From Candidatus Zixiibacteriota bacterium (GTDB lineage: Bacteria; RBG-13-66-14; B26-G2; WVWN01): a DNA stretch of 64,000 bases. Where the stretch lies: contig JASFLY010000002.1 of assembly GCA_050117845.1 (NCBI GenBank), positions 96,001-160,000 of the forward strand, written 5' to 3'. The position numbers and the translations under genes are program-made. Positions 9,668 through 18,322 of this stretch are shown here, in pieces. A model generated the notes under the pieces. The model did no database searches, had not been told where the DNA came from, and saw only the letters and a list, made by a program, of their open reading frames with translations. Numbering within the stretch: position 1 is the stretch's first letter; the number at the start of each line of letters is the position of its first letter.

Positions 9668-11667
9668 AACGTTTCCTATATTTGTTATTATTTTGCGCCC
9701 TAGCCGCAACGGCGGCGGCCGAAGCCGACACCGCCCGCTGGCACAACGTCGTCCCCCGCACCCGCGTCTCGGATATTCTGATAGACGGAGACGCGATATG
9801 GCTTACGTACCTCGGCGGCGGCGCGGCCCGATACGAACCGGAGACCGGCCGCGCCGCGTATTACACCGCCGCGGACGGCCTGGTCCACAACTACGCTACC
9901 GCCGTTACGGCCGTTGAGGATGAGGTCTATTTCGGCACCCGCAACGGCCTCTCGACCCTCACGCGGACCTCGGGGACGTTCACCTCGACCATCCGGATGT
10001 GGGGCTTCGCCCACAACGACATAACCGACGTCGCCGGCGCCGACGAATACCTGTACGTCGCGACCATCGAGGGCGCCCGCTGCTATGATAAAAGCTTCGG
10101 GAATAAGGAGTTTACGCCGGTACCGAAGGAGCAGGGGCCGGCGAGCCGGCTGAGCCCCCAGGTCGAGGACGGGTGGAAAGTATTCGCCTCCGCCGACGGC
10201 GTCGTCCTCGACGACCTGTACTCGGTTACGGTAGACGGAGGCACGGTTTACTGGGGAGGCCGGGGCCGCGTACTGGCCTCGGGTCCCGGCGCCGTCGATT
10301 GGCGCGAGGTCCCCGTCGAACTCCCGGAGATGGCGGTCGTGCGGCGCGTCCTCCCGCGTGACGGGAAGCTCATACTCGCGACCGACGCCGGCGCGTTCGA
10401 GTTCGACGGCACGGCCACGAGGCCGGTAGATGGTCCCCCCGGCCGGGCCGACACGCGCGACGCGCTGGCTTTCGCCGGCCTGGAGTACTTCGCCACCGCC
10501 GAGGGCCTTTTCGTACGGCGGTCGGACGGCGAGCCTTTCAAGTTCGCCGCGGGCGCGGGGGCGGCCTGGACCAAGCTGAAAGACGCCCGCAAGAAGGAAT
10601 CCCCGTGGTGGCGATTGGGCCCCGGGGACGGCCTGCCCTCGCCGGCGTGCACCGCCCTGGCGAGCCGTGGCGAATCGCTCGTCGTCGGGACCGAGAACGG
10701 CGCGTGCCTGCTCGAGCCGGCGTCCGGGGAAGTCCGCGTTCTGCCGCTGGGCCGCGGCCTGCCCGCCGGCGGCGTCTACGGCCTGGCGTACGGCGACGGC
10801 GCCATTTACGTCGGGACGGCCGGCGGCCTGGCCGAGCTGGACGCGGCGGACTACACCGCCCGGCGCTACTCCCTGCCGGTCGGATGGAACGACGTCCGGG
10901 ACGTTCGGTACGACGGCGGCGAACTGCTCGTGACGACGCGGGCGGGCTTCGCGGCGGCCGGACGCGTGGGCGACGGAGTAAGGTATTTCGAACGCCCGAA
11001 GGGAACCCCCGCGGACGTGGAGGGGACGTGCGCGACTAAACTCGGCGGCCGGTATTTTATAGGGACGACCACGGGTCTACTGGAATTAGACGCGGACCTC
11101 CGGCCAGTGGGATTTTACGGAAAGGGACAGGGCTTCCCCTCCTACCCCATCCGAGCGCTCCTGCCCCACGGCCCGGGGATACTCGTCGCGACGGCGGGCG
11201 GCGGCCTAATAAATTATAATGAAACCGGCGGCGCGGAGGCCGTAACGGAAGGGATATCTTCCGACATAATATTCTCGCTCGCGGCGGACGAGGGCCACGT
11301 CTACGTCGGGACCTTCGACAAGGGCGTGGATATCCTCGACGAGGAACTCGCGTTCGAGCGCAACATAACCTGGGGCGACGGCCTGAGCCACACCGACATC
11401 TGGGCCGAGGCCGTGGTCGGGCCCTGGCTCTGGCTCTCCATCCGCGGCGTGGGTATCAACGCCTTCAATCTGGAGACGGGGGACGTCCGGCGCTACTACG
11501 CCCGCTACGGCCTCGGCGACGAGTACTGCAAATCCATAATCGTCCTCCCCACGGAAGGCCCCGGCGTCAAGCTCGCGTTTGGCACGGCCTCCGGCGTCGC
11601 GATCCTCGAATACGAGGGCGAGCCGCCCGACTACGCGGCGGACGATTACGACGGCAGTTATCCCTAA
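9664..11667 (+). CDS. Exported multi-beta-propeller protein (two-component-regulator propeller / PorZ-like)
   Basis: Signal peptide; repeated DGL-x-x-N/S...(F/V)GT-x-x-G(L/A) blades, e.g. YTAADGLVHN...FGTRNGL and GDGLPS...VGTENGA. Confidence 0.7.
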   Translation: MKRFLYLLLFCALAATAAAEADTARWHNVVPRTRVSDILIDGDAIWLTYLGGGAARYEPETGRAAYYTAADGLVHNYATAVTAVEDEVYFGTRNGLSTLTRTSGTFTSTIRMWGFAHNDITDVAGADEYLYVATIEGARCYDKSFGNKEFTPVPKEQGPASRLSPQVEDGWKVFASADGVVLDDLYSVTVDGGTVYWGGRGRVLASGPGAVDWREVPVELPEMAVVRRVLPRDGKLILATDAGAFEFDGTATRPVDGPPGRADTRDALAFAGLEYFATAEGLFVRRSDGEPFKFAAGAGAAWTKLKDARKKESPWWRLGPGDGLPSPACTALASRGESLVVGTENGACLLEPASGEVRVLPLGRGLPAGGVYGLAYGDGAIYVGTAGGLAELDAADYTARRYSLPVGWNDVRDVRYDGGELLVTTRAGFAAAGRVGDGVRYFERPKGTPADVEGTCATKLGGRYFIGTTTGLLELDADLRPVGFYGKGQGFPSYPIRALLPHGPGILVATAGGGLINYNETGGAEAVTEGISSDIIFSLAADEGHVYVGTFDKGVDILDEELAFERNITWGDGLSHTDIWAEAVVGPWLWLSIRGVGINAFNLETGDVRRYYARYGLGDEYCKSIIVLPTEGPGVKLAFGTASGVAILEYEGEPPDYAADDYDGSYP

Positions 11668-11740
11668 CCTTACCTAACCTTAGAAGGAGCGGGTTAGGCC
11701 TATCACCGGCGACGAGAAAAGGATAATCCTGGGGACCGGC

Positions 11741-12898
11741 GTGGCCCACGGCCTGGTGCACATGGCCATGGTCACCTTCGCCGCGGTCCTGACGCCCATG
11801 CGCGAGAGCGTGGGCGCGGGCCTCTTCGCCATCTCGTTGGTGGGCAACATCTCCTATTTCTCCTTCGGCCTGACGGCGCCGGCGAGCGGCTTTCTGGCGG
11901 ATCGAATCGGCTCGCGCCGGGTCCTCGTGATGTGCTGCCTGGGGATGGCGGCCGGCTGCGTCGGCGTCGCGCTTTCCTGGAACATATACGCGCTGGGGGC
12001 ATCGCTCGGCGTCCTGGGCCTCGCGGCGGCGCTCTACCACCCGGCGGGCCTCTCGCTCATCGCGCGGCGCGTGGGCGGCGTCGAGAAGGCCATGTCGTAC
12101 CACGGCATCCTGGGAACGGTGGGGTTGTCGCTGGGGCCGGTGGTGGCCGGGGCCATCACGGCGGGCGTGGGGTGGCGCTGGTCGTACGTCGTGCTGGCGG
12201 CGGCGCTCGCGGCCCTGGGTATTACCTTCGCGGTGCTGGCCCGCGGCGGAAACAAACAACTCGAGCGCACGGCATCCAAGGCCGTGAACCTGCCGCAAAA
12301 GACCCTCCTCGGCGGCCTCCTCCTCTTCTACGTCATCGCCGTCATGAACGGCTTTATTTTCCACGGCGCCACGACCTTCCTCCCGACGCGGCTCGCCACC
12401 GTCAAGAACCTTTTCGTGGGAAACGCCCTCACGACGGCCACGCTGATGCTCGGCATCGCGGGCCAGTACGTCGGCGGCTTGCTGGCCTCCCGCTGGCGCT
12501 ACGAGTTCGTCCTCGCCGGCTCCTTCCTCCTCTCCGGCGTGGCGCTGGTACTGCTCGGCACGACGTCGGGAGCGGTCCTCTTCGCCCCCGCGCTCGCGTA
12601 CGGCTTCGCCCACTTCTCGACCCAACCGGTTACCAACACGCTGGTGTCGCGGCTGGCCTCGGCGAAGCGCCAGGGCGTCGCGTTCGGCGTGAACTTCTTC
12701 TTGGCCTTCGGCCTGGGCTCCCTCGGCACCGGCTTCGTCGGCTACGTCGGCGAGAGGTTCGAACTCGGCGAGGCCTTCACGGTCCTCGGCGTGGTGGGCT
12801 TCCTAGCCGTGCCGCTCTCGTTTCTATTATGGGTAATACGCCGGCGGGCGCTGGTCGCCACCGGCGTCCGGGACAAATTCACCGACATGCCCCGGTGA
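11741..12898 (+). CDS. MFS transporter (true start probably upstream, at 11702 or 11693)
   Basis: About 12 hydrophobic segments; motif A GFLADRIGSRR; ALYHPAG (Fsr-like). Confidence 0.9.
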   Translation: MAHGLVHMAMVTFAAVLTPMRESVGAGLFAISLVGNISYFSFGLTAPASGFLADRIGSRRVLVMCCLGMAAGCVGVALSWNIYALGASLGVLGLAAALYHPAGLSLIARRVGGVEKAMSYHGILGTVGLSLGPVVAGAITAGVGWRWSYVVLAAALAALGITFAVLARGGNKQLERTASKAVNLPQKTLLGGLLLFYVIAVMNGFIFHGATTFLPTRLATVKNLFVGNALTTATLMLGIAGQYVGGLLASRWRYEFVLAGSFLLSGVALVLLGTTSGAVLFAPALAYGFAHFSTQPVTNTLVSRLASAKRQGVAFGVNFFLAFGLGSLGTGFVGYVGERFELGEAFTVLGVVGFLAVPLSFLLWVIRRRALVATGVRDKFTDMPR

Positions 12899-12940
12899 CG
12901 GCGGGCCGCCGTAAGGTTGGGTAATTATATTGGCGGGGGG

Positions 12941-13633
12941 TTATTTGCGGCCGACAATGCAGGTCAGCCAGGCGAGGCGGCCCAGGAGCGGGACGCGGCG
13001 GAGCAGCGAGTGTTCAACCTTGACGATGCGCCTCAGCCAGGACCGGGGGACCGGCACGACGTGGAACGCCGGCGTGGCAAGGTGGTACTCGGCGTGGTCG
13101 TACGCCGAGAACAACGGCGCGTACGAGGCGATTTCGGCCGGCGTCAAATAGCCCACGCGCTCGATCCACTTCTGGCCCTGGAGCCGCCGCACGATGCGCG
13201 TCAGTACGGCGAACGGGTTGTATTTCATATTCTCGACCAGCCACACGTAACCGCCCGGCTTCAGGACCCGCAACATCTCCCGCAGCGCCGCCTTCCGATT
13301 GAAAAAGACGAATACGGACTTCGTGAAAACGACGTCAAAACTGCCGTCGCGGAAGGGCAGGGTTTCGCCGTTCAACTGAACGAGCGAGAAGGCCGGGGGG
13401 CCGTTTTTGCTTGACTCCGCCGCCGCGTCCGTTAAATAATTGAGGTACAGGTCGCCGCCGACGACGCGGGCGCCCCTCTCGGCGAACCAGGAGCACATCC
13501 GGCCGCGCCGGGGGCCGATCTCGAGGACGCGCTTGTCGCGCAAGTCGTCCCCGACGACGGAAAGGCCGAACAGGAAAGGGGCTTCCCAAAAACGGGGGTT
13601 CCACTCCAAATAATAGTCGAGTTCGTTTTTCAT
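12941..13633 (-). CDS. Class I SAM-dependent methyltransferase
   Basis: VLEIGPRRG, VVGGDL, LPFRDGSFDVV and EMLRVLKPGG motifs. ATG at 13633 chosen as start. Confidence 0.85.
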   Translation of the reverse strand: MKNELDYYLEWNPRFWEAPFLFGLSVVGDDLRDKRVLEIGPRRGRMCSWFAERGARVVGGDLYLNYLTDAAAESSKNGPPAFSLVQLNGETLPFRDGSFDVVFTKSVFVFFNRKAALREMLRVLKPGGYVWLVENMKYNPFAVLTRIVRRLQGQKWIERVGYLTPAEIASYAPLFSAYDHAEYHLATPAFHVVPVPRSWLRRIVKVEHSLLRRVPLLGRLAWLTCIVGRK

Positions 13634-13747
13634 ATAAATAAATTTAGGAGGGCTGGCCGAACGCACACCGTACGACGTACTTTATTACATCGACGCGCCG
13701 GCCGCAATATATAATTTATCCCCTCCGTAACGCGCGAGGAGGAACCT

Positions 13748-14437
13748 ATGTCCGGAATCGCGAAATACTTGGCCCCCCTGTGCGCCCTGTTAATATTAAC
13801 CGGGTGGGCGCTCGCCGACGAAGGCCGCTACGGCGGCTACACCCTCGAGTTCGGCATGCGCGATAGCGACTTCGCCGCCGATTACGTCTCCATGCTGCAA
13901 TCGGACCTCTCGAAACTGGGTTACGACGCCTACCTGTTGAAATCGGGCAAGTTGGAAGGTTCGTTCGGGCCGATGACCGAGGACGCGGTCGAGGCGTTCC
14001 AGCGGGACTACGGCCTCACGGCCGACGGCGTCGTCGGCGCCGAAACGGCGGCCGCCATCACCCGGGCCCTGGCCGGCGAGAAACCGACCACCGCCGAACC
14101 GTTCGACCTCTCCCTCGTCGAGTCGGGCCAGGTTACCGTGGAGGCCGGGAAGAAGGGTAAATACGAGCTCAAACCCGAGCCCGGCAAGACGTACGTCCTC
14201 TCCTGCGAGGGCGACGTCTACGAGTGCGCCGTCGTCAACCCATACGACGCGTACGCCTCGACCACGCCCGCCCCCGCCGACGTCCGCTTCGCCCTCAAGG
14301 ACGCGGGGGACAACGGCGAGGCCGTAATCTTCGACGACATCCCGTTCGCCGGCAAGTATTACGTCGAGATAGAGGCCATAAACGACCTCAAGGACACGCC
14401 GGTGCTGGTTCGAATCTACGAGTTGACGCGGCAATAA
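13748..14437 (+). CDS. Exported peptidoglycan-binding (PG_binding_1) protein
   Basis: Signal peptide; LQSDLSKLGY...GSFGPMTEDAVEAFQRDYGLTADGVVGAET; GAGGAGG SD. Confidence 0.85.
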   Translation: MSGIAKYLAPLCALLILTGWALADEGRYGGYTLEFGMRDSDFAADYVSMLQSDLSKLGYDAYLLKSGKLEGSFGPMTEDAVEAFQRDYGLTADGVVGAETAAAITRALAGEKPTTAEPFDLSLVESGQVTVEAGKKGKYELKPEPGKTYVLSCEGDVYECAVVNPYDAYASTTPAPADVRFALKDAGDNGEAVIFDDIPFAGKYYVEIEAINDLKDTPVLVRIYELTRQ

Positions 14438-14441
14438 TATT

Positions 14442-15215
14442 ATGCGCGAACTATTTAAGATGTGGGGTCACACCCGGATGGTCGTGCTCGCCGCGGCCAC
14501 CGCGGCCCTCTACGCGGCGCTGCTCATTCCCTTCAAACCGCTGGTCCTCGTACCCGGCCTGACGGAGATGCGGCCCGCCGCCGCTATTCCGCTTGTGGCG
14601 GGCCTTTTGTTCGGGCCGGCCGGCGCGGCGGGAGCGGCGCTGGGGAACCTCCTGGGGGACTTCTTCGGGACGCTGGGCTGGGGCAGCCTCTTCGGCCTGG
14701 GGGGCAACTTCCTGTTGGCCTATATCCCCTACCGCGTCGTCAAGGCGTCCGACCGGGAGTACCTCGCGTCGTGGCGGGGCTTCCTGCTCATCGAGGCGAC
14801 GGTGTTGCTGGCCGCGGCGGCCTGCGGCCTCTTCATCGGCTGGGGCGGCGACCTCATGGGCATCGCGCCCTTCGCGGCGCTCGGCAACATCATCGTCGCC
14901 AACGATATAATCTACCCGGCCATTCTCGGGCCGCTCCTCCTGAAGGCCCTCGACAAGCGCGTCCGGCGGCTGGGCCTTTTCTACCCCGACGTGATGGACC
15001 TCACGCCCCGGCGCCCCCGGACCTTCGTAGTCGGCCTTATTTTGATAATCGTCGCGTGCGTGGGCGGCATGGTGGCCGGGAACTACATCTCGCTGGGCGT
15101 GGAAGGCCAGGGGATGTTCGCCTCCGGCTTCGGCCCCGACTTCCAGCCGGGGACGGTGGGCGCGGGCGTGGCGCCGTTTATCGCCCTGCTAATAATAGGG
15201 GTTTTAATGATTTAG
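14442..15215 (+). CDS. queT: QueT-family ECF transporter S component
   Basis: AALYAALLIPF...TEMRPA...LLFGPAGAAGAALGNLLGD pattern; multiple TM segments. Confidence 0.7.
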   Translation: MRELFKMWGHTRMVVLAAATAALYAALLIPFKPLVLVPGLTEMRPAAAIPLVAGLLFGPAGAAGAALGNLLGDFFGTLGWGSLFGLGGNFLLAYIPYRVVKASDREYLASWRGFLLIEATVLLAAAACGLFIGWGGDLMGIAPFAALGNIIVANDIIYPAILGPLLLKALDKRVRRLGLFYPDVMDLTPRRPRTFVVGLILIIVACVGGMVAGNYISLGVEGQGMFASGFGPDFQPGTVGAGVAPFIALLIIGVLMI

Positions 15216-15398
15216 GAAAATGTTGCGGCGTCGTTCACCGGCCTGTGGGTATGAAACGTCCACATGATTTAGGAAAATGTTGGGGCGCCGTTCAGGGGCT
15301 TGTGGGTACGGAACGTCCACATGATTTAGGAAAATGTTGGGGCGGCCTTCGTCGGTCTGTTGCTATTAGGGGTGCTATTGATTTCGGAAAATGTTATA
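15171..15398 (+). repeat. Four tandem 57-bp units that are degenerate copies of the queT 3' end
   Basis: (A/T)TGATTT(A/C)GGAAAATGTT recurs at 15207, 15264, 15321 and 15378, an exact 57-bp period. Confidence 0.9.
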
Positions 15399-15400
15399 AT
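15392..15400 (+). promoter_or_regulatory. Putative extended -10 promoter (TGTTATAAT)
   Basis: Perfect TGnTATAAT in the last repeat unit, just upstream of the secreted-protein array. Confidence 0.5.
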
Positions 15401-15411
15401 GGTATTAGAAT

Positions 15412-15540
15412 ATGGTGGACCATGAAAAAACGGTATTATATTGCGGCCTTGCGGCGTTAGCCGGGGCCGCGTTTTTCGCGGGGGGCGCCCTCGCCGTCAC
15501 CCCCACCTCCCTGGGCCGCGTGAAGGCGCTGTTTAAATAG
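15412..15540 (+). CDS. 42-aa mini-ORF: signal peptide fused directly to the conserved C-terminal tail (possibly a pseudogene)
   Basis: Reads MVDHEKTVLYCGLAALAGAAFFAGGALA-VTPTSLGRVKALFK*. The signal DNA is near-identical to the 5' end of gene 18323. Too short for the ORF track. Confidence 0.6.
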   Translation: MVDHEKTVLYCGLAALAGAAFFAGGALAVTPTSLGRVKALFK

Positions 15541-15555
15541 GAGGGATAAACCTTT

Positions 15556-16533
15556 ATGCTGCGTAAAACCCTCGTTTGGATCGCAGCCTTAGCGGCATTG
15601 GCCGTAAGCGCGTCGGGAATCGGTTTTATTTATGATAAACAGTGGGGATCGTACGGGACCGGCGACGGCCAATTCCGGTACCCGTATGACGTGGCCTCCG
15701 ACAACGGCGTTAACGTGTACGTAATTGACACCAATAATCACCGCATACAATATTTCGACTGGGACGGCTCTTTCCGCGGCAAATGGGGTTCGTACGGTAG
15801 TGGGGACGGTCAGTTCGATACGCCGGAAGGGATAGAGTACGGCTTTGGGGGTGTCGTTTACGTCGCCGATACTGGTAACCATCGGATTCAATCTTTCACC
15901 TTTGCCGGATCTTTCCGCGGCAAATGGGGCTCCCCAGGTTCCGGCAACGGCCAATTCCAAAACCCCCGGGAACTCGCCGAAGGCCCGACCGGCAACGTGT
16001 ATGTCGCCGACACCGGAAACCACCGTGTCCAATATTTTAATCATCATGGTTCCTATCTCGGTAAGTGGGGCACGTATGGAGTTGGGAACGGCCAATTCAA
16101 CTCCCCCTCTGGTATAGTAGTCGTCCCGGAAACCGGACGCGTATTCGTAGCGGATACGGGCAACGACCGGGTGCAGGTATTTACTTCTGCCGGTTCTTTT
16201 TTAGGAAAATGGGGAAGCTCCGGGTCCAGTAGCGGCCAGTTTAATAGCCCTACGGGCGTCGGCCTCGTAAACGGTCGGTACGAGGATTACATTTTAGTCG
16301 CGGACCGCGGCAACCACCGCGTCCAGGTATTTACCGCGGACGGCGCATTCCAAGGGCTTTTCGGGGGCCTAGGTTCCGGTAACGGCCAATTCAATACGCC
16401 GCGAGGGGTTGCGGGACACAGTCAAACGACCTTTATCGCCGATACGAACAACCACCGCATTCAATTCTTCCATGATGACACCTCCCGAGTAACCCCCGCC
16501 TCCCTCGGCCGGGTGAAGGCGTTGTTCAGGTGA
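15556..16533 (+). CDS. Secreted six-bladed NHL-repeat beta-propeller with PASLGRVKALFR tail
   Basis: Signal peptide; six repeats of WGSxGxGxGQFxxPxG...YVADTxNHRIQxF; tail VTPASLGRVKALFR. Confidence 0.92.
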   Translation: MLRKTLVWIAALAALAVSASGIGFIYDKQWGSYGTGDGQFRYPYDVASDNGVNVYVIDTNNHRIQYFDWDGSFRGKWGSYGSGDGQFDTPEGIEYGFGGVVYVADTGNHRIQSFTFAGSFRGKWGSPGSGNGQFQNPRELAEGPTGNVYVADTGNHRVQYFNHHGSYLGKWGTYGVGNGQFNSPSGIVVVPETGRVFVADTGNDRVQVFTSAGSFLGKWGSSGSSSGQFNSPTGVGLVNGRYEDYILVADRGNHRVQVFTADGAFQGLFGGLGSGNGQFNTPRGVAGHSQTTFIADTNNHRIQFFHDDTSRVTPASLGRVKALFR

Positions 16534-16633
16534 CGGCGGCGACCGAAGGATTTTAAGTGGAGGCCCCGGCCCTCGGCCCGGCGCTTTTCGACCTTCCCCG
16601 TTAACCTCCCGAAGCTTCAAGGAGGCACCCGAG

Positions 16634-17602
16634 ATGAGACGCACTTTAATTATCGTTCTGGGCGTACTGACGCTCGCCGCGGCGGCCGCCGCCACGGACT
16701 GGACTTACGCGGGGAAGTGGGGTTTGCCCGGAACCGGCAACGGCCGGTTCAACCAACCCGACGGCGTCGCCGTGGCCTCGGGCGGCGACGTTTACGTCGC
16801 CGACGAGTGGAACCACCGCATCCAATATTTCACCGCGACCGGCTCGTTTCTCGGGAAGTGGGGCTCGTCGGGCACCGGCGACGGCCAATTCCAATACCCC
16901 AGCGGCGTGGCCGTGGCCCCGAACGGCGACGTCTACGTTACGGACCGGATGAACGAGCGCGTACAATACTTCACGTCGGCCGGTTCGTTTATCGGCAAGT
17001 GGGGTTCGTTGGGCCCCGGCGACGGCCAATTTTACCTCCCGCGGGGCGTGGCCGTGGCCCCGAACGGCAACGTCTACGTCGCCGATTGGGGTAACGACCG
17101 CATCCAGTACTTCAACTCCGCCGGCTCGTTTCTGGGCAAGTGGGGCGGCCACGGTACGGCCAACGGCCGGTTCGACGGCCCGGCCGGCGTGGCCCTGGCC
17201 CCGGGCGGCGACGTCTACGTCGCCGACGGCGACAACAACCGCATCCAATATTTCACCGCGACCGGCTCGTTCCTCGGCAAGTGGGGTTCGCACGGCGCGG
17301 GCGACGGCCAATTCAACGACCCGTACGGCGTGGCCGTCTCGGCCGGGAACTACGTTTTCGTAACCGAAAGGCAAAACGACCGCGTCCAGTATTTCACCGT
17401 CGCCGGGTCCTTCCTGGGCAAGTGGGGTTCGTTGGGAACCGCCAACGGCCGATTCGACGAGCCGGAGGGCATCGGCGTCAACGCCGGGGGCGACAGGATT
17501 TACGTGGCCGACAACCAGAACGACCGCGTCCAATACTTCCGCCCCTCCGACCCCGCGGTGGAGCCCGCGTCCCTCGGCCGGGTGAGGGCGCTGTTCAGGT
17601 AA
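16634..17602 (+). CDS. Secreted six-bladed NHL-repeat beta-propeller with PASLGRVRALFR tail
   Basis: Signal peptide; six 47-aa NHL repeats; tail VEPASLGRVRALFR; AAGGAGG SD. Confidence 0.92.
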   Translation: MRRTLIIVLGVLTLAAAAAATDWTYAGKWGLPGTGNGRFNQPDGVAVASGGDVYVADEWNHRIQYFTATGSFLGKWGSSGTGDGQFQYPSGVAVAPNGDVYVTDRMNERVQYFTSAGSFIGKWGSLGPGDGQFYLPRGVAVAPNGNVYVADWGNDRIQYFNSAGSFLGKWGGHGTANGRFDGPAGVALAPGGDVYVADGDNNRIQYFTATGSFLGKWGSHGAGDGQFNDPYGVAVSAGNYVFVTERQNDRVQYFTVAGSFLGKWGSLGTANGRFDEPEGIGVNAGGDRIYVADNQNDRVQYFRPSDPAVEPASLGRVRALFR

Positions 17603-17662
17603 TAACACCCGCTCGGCGCAGCGTACCGGACCGGCCGCCGAGTATAATCGGGGGTAAGAATC

Positions 17663-18256
17663 GTGGGCGACGCCGGAATCGTCATCACGGAAGCCGAAGA
17701 GGGAGACCTCCCGTTCCTCCTCGGGATGTGGAATGACGTTGCCGTAATGCGTTATTGCGGTTATCCCGAGGGCAAAGGCTGGACCGGCGAGGACATCGCC
17801 AAATGGTGGCGGTATTACCTGAACAACCGCGCCGAGTACGGCGCCGAGGAGACGCAATTCGTCCTCCGAATTCCGGACGGGACGCCCGTAGGCGAATCCT
17901 GCGTAGGGCGCGTGCCCGAAGGTTTCGCCGAGGGCGATTGGCGCAAACCGCCGGGCGTCCGATGTCTCATGGCGGACGTTAAACTCACGCCGCCGTGGTG
18001 GGGCCGGGGCCTGGGAACGGTCGGTATGCGCCTGGTAACGGCGTTCGTATTCGAACAAACGTCGTGTGAATTGTTCGTCGTACCGCCGCACCACGATAAT
18101 CCCGCCGCCGTCCGCGTTTACGAAAAAGCCCGTTTCGAACACACCGGCGTATACGCTTGGCCCGGCCATGAGATTATGGAAATGAGCCGTGACGCCTACG
18201 CTTCTCCCCACCTCGGGCAAAGTGAAGGCGCTGTTCAAATAGACCGCGGACGGTGA
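17663..18256 (+). CDS. GNAT-family N-acetyltransferase (RimJ/RimL-like)
   Basis: WNDVAVMRY, PWWGRGLGT and DNPAAVRVYEKARFE motifs. Confidence 0.85.
   Translation: MGDAGIVITEAEEGDLPFLLGMWNDVAVMRYCGYPEGKGWTGEDIAKWWRYYLNNRAEYGAEETQFVLRIPDGTPVGESCVGRVPEGFAEGDWRKPPGVRCLMADVKLTPPWWGRGLGTVGMRLVTAFVFEQTSCELFVVPPHHDNPAAVRVYEKARFEHTGVYAWPGHEIMEMSRDAYASPHLGQSEGAVQIDRGR
18201..18242 (+). pseudogene. Out-of-frame relic of the C-terminal tail inside the GNAT 3' end
   Basis: The +1 frame reads LLPTS-GKVKALFK*. The DNA CCCACCTCGGGCAAAGTGAAGGCGCTGTTCAAATAG matches the copy ending at 15540 with a 3-nt deletion and a few substitutions. Confidence 0.7.
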
Positions 18257-18267
18257 CGTACGTACTG

Positions 18268-18297
18268 TTGATTCGAGGGTACAGCGCGTGTTATACT
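18268..18297 (+). promoter_or_regulatory. Putative sigma70 promoter
   Basis: TTGATT-18 bp-TATACT with TGn, upstream of the AGGAG SD of gene 18323. Confidence 0.5.
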
Positions 18298-18322
18298 AAC
18301 TACACGAGGAAGGAGTGGCCTT

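Noticed and set aside
14400..14442. preQ1 riboswitch upstream of queT
   Set aside because: Only 4 nt separate queT from the upstream CDS and no preQ1 motif is visible.
15207..15398. Possible CRISPR array (19-bp repeat with 38-bp spacers)
   Set aside because: The 'spacers' are homologous to each other and to the queT coding end, the repeat is short and non-palindromic, and no cas genes are present.
14462..15460. 332-aa ORF running through the 57-bp repeats
   Set aside because: It is an alternative frame overlapping queT with Arg/Gly/Pro-rich shadow composition; the repeats are better explained as copies of the queT end.
15556..17602. Diversity-generating retroelement acting on the NHL genes
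   Set aside because: No reverse transcriptase is present, and differences between repeats are not adenine-specific.
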